Shown one piece after another: positions 1 through 8,292 of a stretch of DNA of 34,902 nucleotides (position 1 is its first letter; each line of letters begins with the position of its first letter). The position numbers and the translations under genes are program-made. Source of the stretch: Candidatus Methylomirabilia bacterium (lineage in GTDB: Bacteria; Methylomirabilota; Methylomirabilia; Rokubacteriales; CSP1-6); assembly GCA_046758965.1 (NCBI GenBank), contig JBHIBG010000022.1, forward strand, positions 1-34,902, read 5' to 3'. The notes beneath the pieces were generated by a model, which saw only the letters and a program-made list of their open reading frames with translations, had not been told where the DNA came from and did no database searches.

Positions 1-2884
1 GGCGATAGGTCTCAGCCCGCTGGGCCAGCGCCCACTGATAGTCGGGCGTGAACTCCAGGGCGCGGGTGAAGTTGGCCAGCGCGTCGGCATAGCGACCCAT
101 CTGGCGATACGTCAAGCCGCGGTTGGCGATGGCGAAGGCATCGTCTGGCGTCAGCTCCAGGGCGCGGGTGAAGTCGGCGAGGGCCTCCTCGTAGCGGCTC
201 ATCTGGCGGTAGGTCTCAGCGCGGCCGGCGATGCTCAAGGCATCGTCTGGCGTCAGCTCCAGGGCGCGGGTGAAGTCGGGCAGGGCCTCCTCGTAGCGCC
301 TCATCTGGCGGTAGGTCTCAGCGCGGCCGGCGATGCTCAAGGCATCGTCTGGCGTCAGCTCCAGGGCGCGGGTGAAGTCGGGCAGGGCCTCCTCGTAGCG
401 CCTCATCTGGCGATAGATCTCACCCCGCTGGGCGAGCGCCCAGGCATAGCGAGGATCCAGCTCGAGGGCACGGGTGAAGTCGGCCAAGGCCTCCTCGTAG
501 CGGCCGACCTGGCGAAAGGTCTCACCCCGCTGGGCGAGCGCCCAGGCATAGCGAGGATCCAGCTCGAGGGCACGGGTGAAGTCGGCCAAGGCCTCCTCGT
601 AGCGGCCGACCTGGCGAAAGGTCTCACCCTGCTGGGCCACCGCCCAGGCGTAGCCAGGATCGAGCTTGATAGCGCGGGTGAAGTCGGCCCGGGCCTCTCT
701 GGAGCGCCCCATCTGGCGGTAGGTCAAGCCGCGTCCCCCTAAGGCGAAGGCGTCGTCGGGCTTCAGCGCGAGGGCGCGGCCGAAGTCGGCCAGGGCCTCC
801 TCGTAGCGCCCCATCTGGCCAGAGGTCACGCCGCGAATCGCGATGATCGCGACATCACCGGGCGTGAGCTCGAGGGCGCGGGAGAAGTCGGCCCGTGCCT
901 CCTCGTAGCGATTCATCACGGCGTAGGTAAGGGCCCGGCTCAAGCGGGCGAAGACGAAGTTGGGGTTGAGCTCGATTGCGCGGTTGAAATCGACGAGGGC
1001 CTGGGCGCAGCGCTCGATCCGCCGGTAGATCCCGCCCCGGTTCGCGAGGATCAAGGAGTTGTTCGGGGCCAATTCGAGGGCGCGGGAGAAGTCGGCCAGG
1101 GCCTCGTCGTATCGCTCCATCCGCCCGTAGGTGCGGCCTCGGTGAGCCCAGTAGTCGGGCTCCCCCGGAGCCAACCGGATCGCTTCTGTAAGATCCGCGA
1201 GAGCCTTCGGGAGTTCATCCACCTGGAGATACAAGTAGCCACGGAAACCTAGCGCGGCCGCCCGCAGCCGTTCCTCAAGGCCACCATGTTCCAACAACGC
1301 CGTCAGCATGTCGGCGCCTGACTCGTAGCGAGCCTCCTCAAGGGCCTTCAGTCCATCGACCATTCGCGTGCCCCACCGTTGGAGCTCTGCATGGTCAGCA
1401 TCCTTGCCAGCCTGCTGCACCGTCTCTGCCCAGCGGCGGGCAAAGGCGCACCTCGCCTTCAGCGCGGCCAAGAAGCCGTTCAGAGCGTCGGGGAGCTGCC
1501 GCGGCGGCGCATGGCAGAGGCGGTGGTACAGGGCTTCCAGTGCGTGAAACTGCCGGGTGTCGTCCCGCCACCGCGTCCTCTCCTGGTCTGCTGGGTCGCC
1601 TCGGAGCTTCGAATAATAGTCGGAGAGTCTCTGGTGGAGATCTGCCCAGCCCTGGGGCGATTCACGATGCTTGTGGCGCAACATCTCGTCGCGCACGACC
1701 GGATGGCAGGTCCAACCCGAGCCTCCACCGGTAACGAACGGCGCGCCTCTGACCCAGGCAAAGAGGGCATCCCCGGCTTCTTCTCCCACCAGGGCGGTTA
1801 GCAGATCCCGATTCAGGTGACGCGGCAAGGCGGCATCTGCTGCGACCAGCTGCGGCTTCGAGTGCTCTGCCCACCTCAGGAAACGTTCGACGGCGGCACC
1901 CCTGGGAACCCCCAAATTCGCGGGGTCGTCAGGGCTCTCGGCCGCCAGGGTGGCGGCCAGCAGCGGGAGTCCTCCGGAGAGTTCCCGAATGACCTCTCCC
2001 GCCCCCTCGTCGGTAACGCCCTTGCGCGCCAGGCACTCACGCACCTCCTCAGCGGTGAATGGCGTCAGGGGCAGGCGCACCAGCAACCCCTCATACGGTG
2101 CCCAGCGATTCCTGTCCAGTTCGTGCTGGCCGCCGATGGCGAAAACGATGTCGCCTGACAGTTCACCGTAGCGTCCGTCCAGAAGGTCCCGCACCCAGCC
2201 GTCAAGGTATGCGCGAGTCTGCTCGTAGGTGTCAAAGAACAGCGCGATGAAGTTCTCCTCCGCTACCTTTCGTAGATCGTCCAGAAAGAGCGGGGTCAAC
2301 ACCTCTACCGGCTCCAGCACCAGGCGCACTTCGTCGTTGTTGGGCAGTTCGCGCGCCGCGTAGGAGGTCCACTCAGGGGTTTGCGGGGCAAAGGCTTCTT
2401 CGTCCATGAAGTCGGAGAGCGCACCACTCACGGTGGTTCGGCGGGCCGGACGGTGGCCTCTCTTGGGCCGGGCGCGGCCTATAGCGGTGAGCAAGCCCGG
2501 CGGCGCCTCGGGGTCAGCTTCCAGCGCTTGACGTCGCTGGCGGTAGATCTGGTAGGGGTCGCCGAAGGTCTTCAAGCCGTGACCGCGATGCGCGAACTCG
2601 TCAGCGATACGCCCCATGGCCGCGGGGAGATCCTCGACCGTTTCGTCGATCCACGCGGTGATGCCGCCACGGCTCTCGGCTAACTGACGGAAGCGGCGCA
2701 GGAGCCACGTCTTACCGGCCCCGCCCGGCCCCGTGATGCTGAAAATGAATCGGCGTCGGTCATCGTCCGGGGGCAAGGCGAGATTATGGTCGAACAGAGC
2801 GAGTTGCTCGTCGCGACCGACGAACTCCTGCTGTTGGCGGCGCTTCAGGATGGCCTGGAGGCTCCCACTCGTCTGTGGGCGCAT
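1..2884 (-). CDS. STAND-class P-loop NTPase with C-terminal TPR array (3' end beyond window edge, at least 961 codons)
   Basis: Translated by hand; no in-frame stop from 2896 to the edge. ATG 2884 has GGAG upstream (alternative ATG 2896). Motifs: FVGRDEQL, Walker A GPGGAGKT (2708-2731), Walker B IALFFDTYE (2222-2248), STAND GxP motif LSGGLPLL, CHPVVRD, then 12 complete 34-aa TPRs plus a partial one (about 1-1257). Confidence 0.9.
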   Translation of the reverse strand, partial: MRPQTSGSLQAILKRRQQQEFVGRDEQLALFDHNLALPPDDDRRRFIFSITGPGGAGKTWLLRRFRQLAESRGGITAWIDETVEDLPAAMGRIADEFAHRGHGLKTFGDPYQIYRQRRQALEADPEAPPGLLTAIGRARPKRGHRPARRTTVSGALSDFMDEEAFAPQTPEWTSYAARELPNNDEVRLVLEPVEVLTPLFLDDLRKVAEENFIALFFDTYEQTRAYLDGWVRDLLDGRYGELSGDIVFAIGGQHELDRNRWAPYEGLLVRLPLTPFTAEEVRECLARKGVTDEGAGEVIRELSGGLPLLAATLAAESPDDPANLGVPRGAAVERFLRWAEHSKPQLVAADAALPRHLNRDLLTALVGEEAGDALFAWVRGAPFVTGGGSGWTCHPVVRDEMLRHKHRESPQGWADLHQRLSDYYSKLRGDPADQERTRWRDDTRQFHALEALYHRLCHAPPRQLPDALNGFLAALKARCAFARRWAETVQQAGKDADHAELQRWGTRMVDGLKALEEARYESGADMLTALLEHGGLEERLRAAALGFRGYLYLQVDELPKALADLTEAIRLAPGEPDYWAHRGRTYGRMERYDEALADFSRALELAPNNSLILANRGGIYRRIERCAQALVDFNRAIELNPNFVFARLSRALTYAVMNRYEEARADFSRALELTPGDVAIIAIRGVTSGQMGRYEEALADFGRALALKPDDAFALGGRGLTYRQMGRSREARADFTRAIKLDPGYAWAVAQQGETFRQVGRYEEALADFTRALELDPRYAWALAQRGETFRQVGRYEEALADFTRALELDPRYAWALAQRGEIYRQMRRYEEALPDFTRALELTPDDALSIAGRAETYRQMRRYEEALPDFTRALELTPDDALSIAGRAETYRQMSRYEEALADFTRALELTPDDAFAIANRGLTYRQMGRYADALANFTRALEFTPDYQWALAQRAETYR
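137..629 (-). repeat. 102-bp tandem repeats encoding TPR units
   Basis: GGCATCGTCTGGCGTCAGCTCCAGGGCGCGGGTGAAGTCGG recurs at 137, 239 and 341. 181-282 vs 283-384 differ at one base. 418-519 is identical to 520-621. Confidence 0.95.
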
Positions 2885-3148
2885 CGGATACTCCATGCTT
2901 TCATCATACCTGAAGGCCAACTCCCGAGCGCACCTTTACCTTCGTCCGCCATCGGTCGCGACGGCGGGGCTCGGCCCCGGCATCGTCCGCTCCTGTTTCA
3001 GGGAGAAGCGCGAGCTGTCGCGGGCGGAGTTCCAGGCCGTGGCGAACCGCAAGGACCGGCGGATCATTCCCGAGCCGGGTAGGGCGTCTTGGAGCTGCTC
3101 GGGGCCGTGGCGTTTTCGGAAAGGGTGTCTCTGCTGCTTCGGTCTCGG

Positions 3149-4063
3149 TCAGAGTCGCGGGCGGACCTCGTGCGCGAAGGTTTCGTAGATCCCGATCATG
3201 TCGTTGAGGTCCCTATAGCGGGTCTCCAGCAGCACGGTCTGGATGCCGAGGCCCTGGTAGACCCTGAGATCCTCCAGGATCTCCGCGGCGGTCCCCTGCA
3301 TGGGGCGCCGCGTGGCGGATCGCTCTTTTCGGGGTGAGAGCCCGACTCGGAGCGTGATGGCGAGATCCTCGAAGCGCCGTCCCAGCCTGGCGCATTCACC
3401 CTTGAGCAGGCCGACTCCCTCTTCCAGTTTCTCGGGGGAGGGAAACGCCGCATGCCAGCCGTCCCCCAGCTCGGCCACCCGTCGAAGCGCGCGCGGGGTG
3501 TGGCCCCCGATCCAGATGGGGATGCTCCTTCTGACCGGCTGGGGGAAGCAGCCGATCTCGTCGAACCGGAAGAATTTTCCCTCGTAGGAGGCCCGCTCCT
3601 CGCTCCAGCAGACCCGCATGATCCGGATCGCCTCATCGGTCCACGCCCCTCGCCGGGCAAAGGGGGCGCCGAGAACGGTGATCTCCTCCTCCATCCACCC
3701 TACGCCGGCGCCGACGATGAGGCGGCCGGCAGAGAGGTGGTCAAGCGTGGCCAGCATCTTGGCGGCCAGGACCGGGTGCCGGTGGGGAAGGACCAGGATC
3801 GTGGTTCCCAGCTTGACCCGCTCGGTGACCCCCGCGGCCAACGCGAGAGTGGTCAGCGGCTCGAGAAAGTTGGCGTTGGGCGGGAGCGGGAACTGGCCCG
3901 TGTCGTTGTATGGGTAGCGGGAGCGGATCGTCCACGGGAGGATCACGTGGTCGCTGGCCCAGAGGGAATCATAGCCGAGGGCCTCCATCCGCCTGGCGAA
4001 GGTCATCAGGTTCTCGCGGGTGGCGATAGGTCCGAACATGGGGAGGTGGCAACCGAACTCCAC
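3149..4063 (-). CDS. LLM-class (luciferase-like) oxidoreductase, probably F420-dependent family
   Basis: GYDSLWASDHV, EPLTTLALAAGVTERVKLGT, LDHLSAGRLIVGAGVGW, PIWIGG, GDGWH motifs; GTG start preceded by GAGGAG. Confidence 0.88.
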   Translation of the reverse strand: MEFGCHLPMFGPIATRENLMTFARRMEALGYDSLWASDHVILPWTIRSRYPYNDTGQFPLPPNANFLEPLTTLALAAGVTERVKLGTTILVLPHRHPVLAAKMLATLDHLSAGRLIVGAGVGWMEEEITVLGAPFARRGAWTDEAIRIMRVCWSEERASYEGKFFRFDEIGCFPQPVRRSIPIWIGGHTPRALRRVAELGDGWHAAFPSPEKLEEGVGLLKGECARLGRRFEDLAITLRVGLSPRKERSATRRPMQGTAAEILEDLRVYQGLGIQTVLLETRYRDLNDMIGIYETFAHEVRPRL

Positions 4064-4077
4064 AGGCGCTCTCCTCG

Positions 4078-5652
4078 CTAGTGGTGTCCGCTCTGGAACA
4101 CCAGGCTGTCAGCAAGCTTGCCCCCGACGATCAGCTGAGCGAGCCGGGACCGCTGGATCTTGCCGCTCGAGGTCATAGGAAGCGTGCGCGGTTTGGCTAG
4201 GAGGACGCGGGCCGGGCGGTGGCCGCACCGGGCATGAACGCGCTGGACGATCTCCCTCACCAGACGAGAGAGGGTCTCGAAGCCGACCGCCGTGTCTCTC
4301 ACCTCGGCCACCACGTGGAGGCGTTGAGTCCCCAGCCGCTCGCTCTCAATGCCGACCGCAGCAGAATAACGGATGCCGGTGACCTGGTCCACGGCGTCCT
4401 CGATGTCCGAGGGGGCGATGTTCTGGCCCGCGACAATGATCAGGTCCTTGAGGCGGCCGGTGATGTAGAGGCACCCCTCCGGATCCAGGAAGCCCAAATC
4501 ACCCGTGCGGAGCCATCCGTCCTGTGTCAGCACCCGTCGCGTCGCCTGGGGATTATTGTAATAGCCTTGCATCACACCCGGGCTCTTCACGACGACCTCC
4601 CCCTCCTGTCCCGGCGGGAGGACGGCCTCGCCCTCCATGATGCGGATCGAGACTCCGCGGCAGGGCTTTCCCACCGCGACAACGCGGCCTGACGGATCGA
4701 GACGGACCGGCTCTCCACGGGGCCATATGCTCACGGCGAGCGTGGCCTCAGCCAGGCCGTAGCAGGGAGCCACGACACTCTTCAGATTGAACTTCTCCTC
4801 GAAAGCTCCGATGGTGGAGAGTCGGACGGCTTCGGCCCCCGAGAGCGCCATCTTGAGAGAGGAGAGATCCAGGCCCTGCGTCTCCTTCACGTTTCTCACG
4901 CAGTTTCGGTAGCCGAAATCCGGAGAGACCGTAAACGTTGCGCGCTCCTCGGTGATCGTCTGCAGCCACTGGCGCGGGTTGCTCAGATCGGGAGGGAGGA
5001 GGACGAGCTTGGCCCCAACCAGCGGGGGCGTAAAGGAGCAGCCGATCAGCCCCATGTCGTGGTAGAGCGGGAGCCAGCTCACGACGGTATCCTCCGCGGT
5101 CAGCTCGGCCGTCAGAGCCATGGACTTGATGGTCTCCAACACGTTGGCATGCGAGAGCACCACGCCGCGGGGGTGGCCCGTGCTTCCCGAGGTGTACTGG
5201 AGAAAGGCGGTGTCTTCGGGGCGCGCCGTCGGGAGGGGGGGAAGCGGGGCGCCGGCCTCCAGCTCCAGCGGGGTGAGGAAATGGGTCATGGTGAGCGCGG
5301 CAGCCCGTGCTTCCTCCACAGGAGACCGGAACCAGTCGATTGAAACCACGGCTTTGGCCTCGGAGTTGTTGAAGACGTTGGCCATCCCCTCGGGGGTCAT
5401 GGTGGGGTAGAGGGGGACGGGAATCGCGCCCAGCCTGAGGCCGCCGACGAAGGTATAGAAGAACTCGGCGCAGGTGGGGTAAACGAGGCAAACCTTGTCG
5501 CCCTGACCGATGCCAGCCGCTGCCAGGCCCGCGGCGTGCCGATGGCTCATCTCCCAGAGCTGGCCGTAGGTCACGGCCTGGCCGAAGAGCGTGAAGTACG
5601 TCGCGTTAGGGGTAGTTGCCGCCCGCCGCCCCAGCAGCTCGGTCAGCGTCAT
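4078..5652 (-). CDS. Fatty acyl-AMP ligase-like adenylate-forming enzyme
   Basis: FLQYTSGSTGHPRGV, SWLPLYHDMGL, CYGLAEATL, LRTGDLG, GRLKDLII, TSSGKIQR. Start placed at ATG 5652 (GAGGAG RBS) rather than the ORF-track 5784. Confidence 0.88.
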   Translation of the reverse strand: MTLTELLGRRAATTPNATYFTLFGQAVTYGQLWEMSHRHAAGLAAAGIGQGDKVCLVYPTCAEFFYTFVGGLRLGAIPVPLYPTMTPEGMANVFNNSEAKAVVSIDWFRSPVEEARAAALTMTHFLTPLELEAGAPLPPLPTARPEDTAFLQYTSGSTGHPRGVVLSHANVLETIKSMALTAELTAEDTVVSWLPLYHDMGLIGCSFTPPLVGAKLVLLPPDLSNPRQWLQTITEERATFTVSPDFGYRNCVRNVKETQGLDLSSLKMALSGAEAVRLSTIGAFEEKFNLKSVVAPCYGLAEATLAVSIWPRGEPVRLDPSGRVVAVGKPCRGVSIRIMEGEAVLPPGQEGEVVVKSPGVMQGYYNNPQATRRVLTQDGWLRTGDLGFLDPEGCLYITGRLKDLIIVAGQNIAPSDIEDAVDQVTGIRYSAAVGIESERLGTQRLHVVAEVRDTAVGFETLSRLVREIVQRVHARCGHRPARVLLAKPRTLPMTSSGKIQRSRLAQLIVGGKLADSLVFQSGHH

Positions 5653-5894
5653 GACTGCTCTCCTCGCGGAGTGTATCCAACGAAGCGGGGTGTGAACAAC
5701 GAAAAAGATGCTGGCGAGCCCCGGGCTCCGGTCAAGGCACGCCGTGGCCCCGCGTGGATCAGAACCTGGAGCCGGGAGTTGCACGCGGACGCGGGTATTC
5801 TAATCAACTTCGACTCAGAGGAAAAGCAAGGGAGCACGGCAGCCGCCGAGGCGCCGCTGGGGGGGAGGTCGGTGGGACGGCGACCCAAGAATAG

Positions 5895-5924
5895 TTGCCT
5901 TACCGGAGAAGTTTTCTGTAGTCT
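5895..5924 (+). promoter_or_regulatory. Putative sigma70 promoter of the glycosyltransferase
   Basis: TTGCCT-18 nt-TAGTCT, 9 nt before ATG 5934; no SD visible. Confidence 0.4.
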
Positions 5925-5933
5925 GAAGCATAG

Positions 5934-7022
5934 ATGTCGGCTCGAGTGGCCCTACTGAGCCCCTTCGACTTCCCCTCGCTCCGCGGCAACGCCATCACCG
6001 TCAACCGCGTGGCTGCCGGCCTTCGTGCCCGAGGGGTGGAGCTGCGGGTCTGGGATTGCTCGACGACACCTGCCGGAGCGGTGGAGGCGGAGGTCCAGGC
6101 ATACCGTCCCGCGCTGATTCACGCCTTCCATGCGTACCGGGTAGGACCCATAGCGCTGCGGGTAGCCCGGCGCCTGGAAGTCCCCCTGCTCGTGACCATC
6201 ACGGGGACCGATGTGAATCACGACCTTTTCGACGCTGAGCGGGCCCAAGTTGTCCGGCGGGTGCTGGAGGAAGCCTCCACCGTGGTGGTATTTCACGAGT
6301 CGATGCGAGAGAGGATCGCTCACGCGCTTCCCGATGTGGAAGCCAAGATGGTGGTGATTGCCCAGAGCGTGCATCTCGAGGAGGGGCCGCCGTATCCGCT
6401 CGCCCAACGGGTTGATCTCCCCGATGATGCCGTCGTTTTCCTGTTCCCTGCGGGAATCCGGATGGTAAAGAACCCGCTCTTCCCGCTGGGCCCGTTTGAC
6501 CGACTGCTTGATCGGCACTCCTCGATCCGTCTCCTCTACGCCGGTCCCATTCTGGACCGTGCCGAAGGTGAGCGGCTTCTCGGCGCGCTCGCACACCGCC
6601 CGTGGGCGGCGTATCTGGGGGCGGTGCCGCACGAACAGATGCGTTCCCTCTTGGAAGCGGTGCATGTGGTGCTCAACTGCTCGCTCTCCGAGGGTGGCAT
6701 GGCGAACTCCGTTCTGGAGGGCATGGCCTGCGCGCTGCCGGTCGTAGCCTCGGACATCGAGGGGAATCGCTCGCTGGTGGAGGACGGGGTTACGGGATTT
6801 CTCTTCACGGGCGCCGAGGAGCTGGAGGCCAAGGCGGGTCGGCTCGTGGAGGATCCGGAGCTTCGGCGTCGGATGGGGCTGACCGGGCAAGGCAGGGTGC
6901 GGGCCCTGTTTCAACTCGAGCGGGAAGTGGAGGGGTATTGTGGCCAATACCGTGGCCTGATGCCCGCCGATTCAACAGGGAGCGTGCAGAGCCCTGGAGG
7001 CTGCCAGGTGCCCTCGAGGTGA
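5934..7022 (+). CDS. GT-B family 4 glycosyltransferase, SenB/GLT1D1-like subfamily
   Basis: GNAITVNR, AFHAYR, ITGTDVNHD, IRMVKNP, NCSLSEGGMANSVLEGMA, ASDIEGNRSLV, DGVTGFLF. Confidence 0.85.
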   Translation: MSARVALLSPFDFPSLRGNAITVNRVAAGLRARGVELRVWDCSTTPAGAVEAEVQAYRPALIHAFHAYRVGPIALRVARRLEVPLLVTITGTDVNHDLFDAERAQVVRRVLEEASTVVVFHESMRERIAHALPDVEAKMVVIAQSVHLEEGPPYPLAQRVDLPDDAVVFLFPAGIRMVKNPLFPLGPFDRLLDRHSSIRLLYAGPILDRAEGERLLGALAHRPWAAYLGAVPHEQMRSLLEAVHVVLNCSLSEGGMANSVLEGMACALPVVASDIEGNRSLVEDGVTGFLFTGAEELEAKAGRLVEDPELRRRMGLTGQGRVRALFQLEREVEGYCGQYRGLMPADSTGSVQSPGGCQVPSR

Positions 7023-7072
7023 GGCGTCCGTTGATTTGGGGGCTCCGGAGCCGGGGCCGGGAGAGGGAAATA

Positions 7073-7088
7073 TGGCACGGATCTTGCT
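7073..7088 (+). promoter_or_regulatory. sigma54 (-24/-12) promoter
   Basis: TGGCAC-GGATC-TTGCT matches TGGCAC-N5-TTGC[AT] exactly; intergenic, about 150 nt upstream of moxR. Confidence 0.8.
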
Positions 7089-7238
7089 TATAGATTAATG
7101 TGGGGAAAGAGCAGCGGCAGGCTGGTGCATTGACTGAAAGTGACGCCGGACACATCATCACCGGACTCTCTCGGCCGACCCGGCACAATCCGCCGCCAGG
7201 GCACGCGAACTGGTGGGCTTCCCCCAAAGGAGCGCGGG

Positions 7239-8252
7239 ATGGGTAATGCGGAACGTCTCAAGGAGTTTGTGGAGGCATTCGGAGGGCTCAAGGCTGAAGT
7301 CCAGAAAGTTATCGTCGGGCACGATGAGGTCATCACGCACGTCCTCGTGAGCCTCTTTGCAGGCGGCCACGTTCTCCTGGAGGGCGTGCCTGGGCTCGGC
7401 AAGACTCTCCTGATCAAAACTCTCGCCCAGGGGCTTGATCTGACCTTTTCCCGGATCCAGTTTACTCCCGACCTCATGCCTGCCGATATCATGGGTACCA
7501 CGATGATCGCTGAGGACGCCGAGGGGCGGAAACACTTCCAGTTCCAGAAAGGGCCGATGTTTGGTCATATTCTTCTGGCCGATGAGGTGAACCGGGCCAC
7601 TCCCAAGACCCAGTCCGCGCTCCTGGAAGGGATGCAGGAAGGAGCCGTCACGGTCTCGGGAATTGCGCACCCGCTTCCTTCTCCATTCTTCGTCCTCGCG
7701 ACCCAAAACCCGATTGAGATGGAGGGGACCTACCCGCTCCCCGAGGCCCAACTCGACCGCTTCCTCTTCAAGCTCCGGGTCAAGTATCCGGCGCTGGAAG
7801 AGCTCAACGAGATCATCGACCGGACCACCCGCCCGCGCGACGCCGAGGTCCGCCGAGTGATGACAGGCTCCAGCGTGATGAGCTACCGAGAGCTGGTTCG
7901 CGAGGTCCCGGTCGCTTCTCACGTGCGGGACATGGCCTCCTTCATCGTGCTCGCGACCCATCCCGACTGGGAGGGGGCGCCCGAACGCACACGCCGCTTC
8001 ATCCGATACGGAGCCAGCCCCCGCGGCGCCCAGGCTCTCGTGCTGGGAGCCAAGGGGCGGGCCCTCACTGAGGGACGCTTCAACGTGAGCGTGGAGGATC
8101 TCCGCGCCCTTGCATGGCCCGCGCTTCGTCACCGCATCATCCTGAATTTCGAGGGGGAGGCCGAGGGCGTGGATGTGGACGACCTCATCGCTGAGGCGGT
8201 GGATGCCGCTGAACGCCAGAGCCTCCGGGGCAAGGAGGTGTTCCTCCGCTAA
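7239..8252 (+). CDS. moxR: MoxR-family AAA+ ATPase
   Basis: HVLLEGVPGLGKT, RIQFTPDLMPAD, LLADEVNRATPKTQSALLE, ATQNPIEMEGTYPLPEAQLDRF, GASPRG. ATG 7239 with AAGGAG RBS. Confidence 0.95.
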   Translation: MGNAERLKEFVEAFGGLKAEVQKVIVGHDEVITHVLVSLFAGGHVLLEGVPGLGKTLLIKTLAQGLDLTFSRIQFTPDLMPADIMGTTMIAEDAEGRKHFQFQKGPMFGHILLADEVNRATPKTQSALLEGMQEGAVTVSGIAHPLPSPFFVLATQNPIEMEGTYPLPEAQLDRFLFKLRVKYPALEELNEIIDRTTRPRDAEVRRVMTGSSVMSYRELVREVPVASHVRDMASFIVLATHPDWEGAPERTRRFIRYGASPRGAQALVLGAKGRALTEGRFNVSVEDLRALAWPALRHRIILNFEGEAEGVDVDDLIAEAVDAAERQSLRGKEVFLR

Positions 8253-8292
8253 CCGGTCCTGCCGCCCGGGGAGGGCGCAAGGGGAGACGCTG

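Noticed and set aside
137..629. Tandem repeats as a CRISPR array or DGR template/variable pair
   Set aside because: The period is exactly 34 codons inside an open TPR frame; no unique spacers, cas genes, reverse transcriptase or adenine-specific mismatch pattern.
2900..3148. Protein-like stretch on the + strand (FREKRELSRAEFQAVANRKDRRII) in the gap between the STAND and LLM genes
   Set aside because: No convincing start, RBS or family match; may be a gene remnant but cannot be supported.
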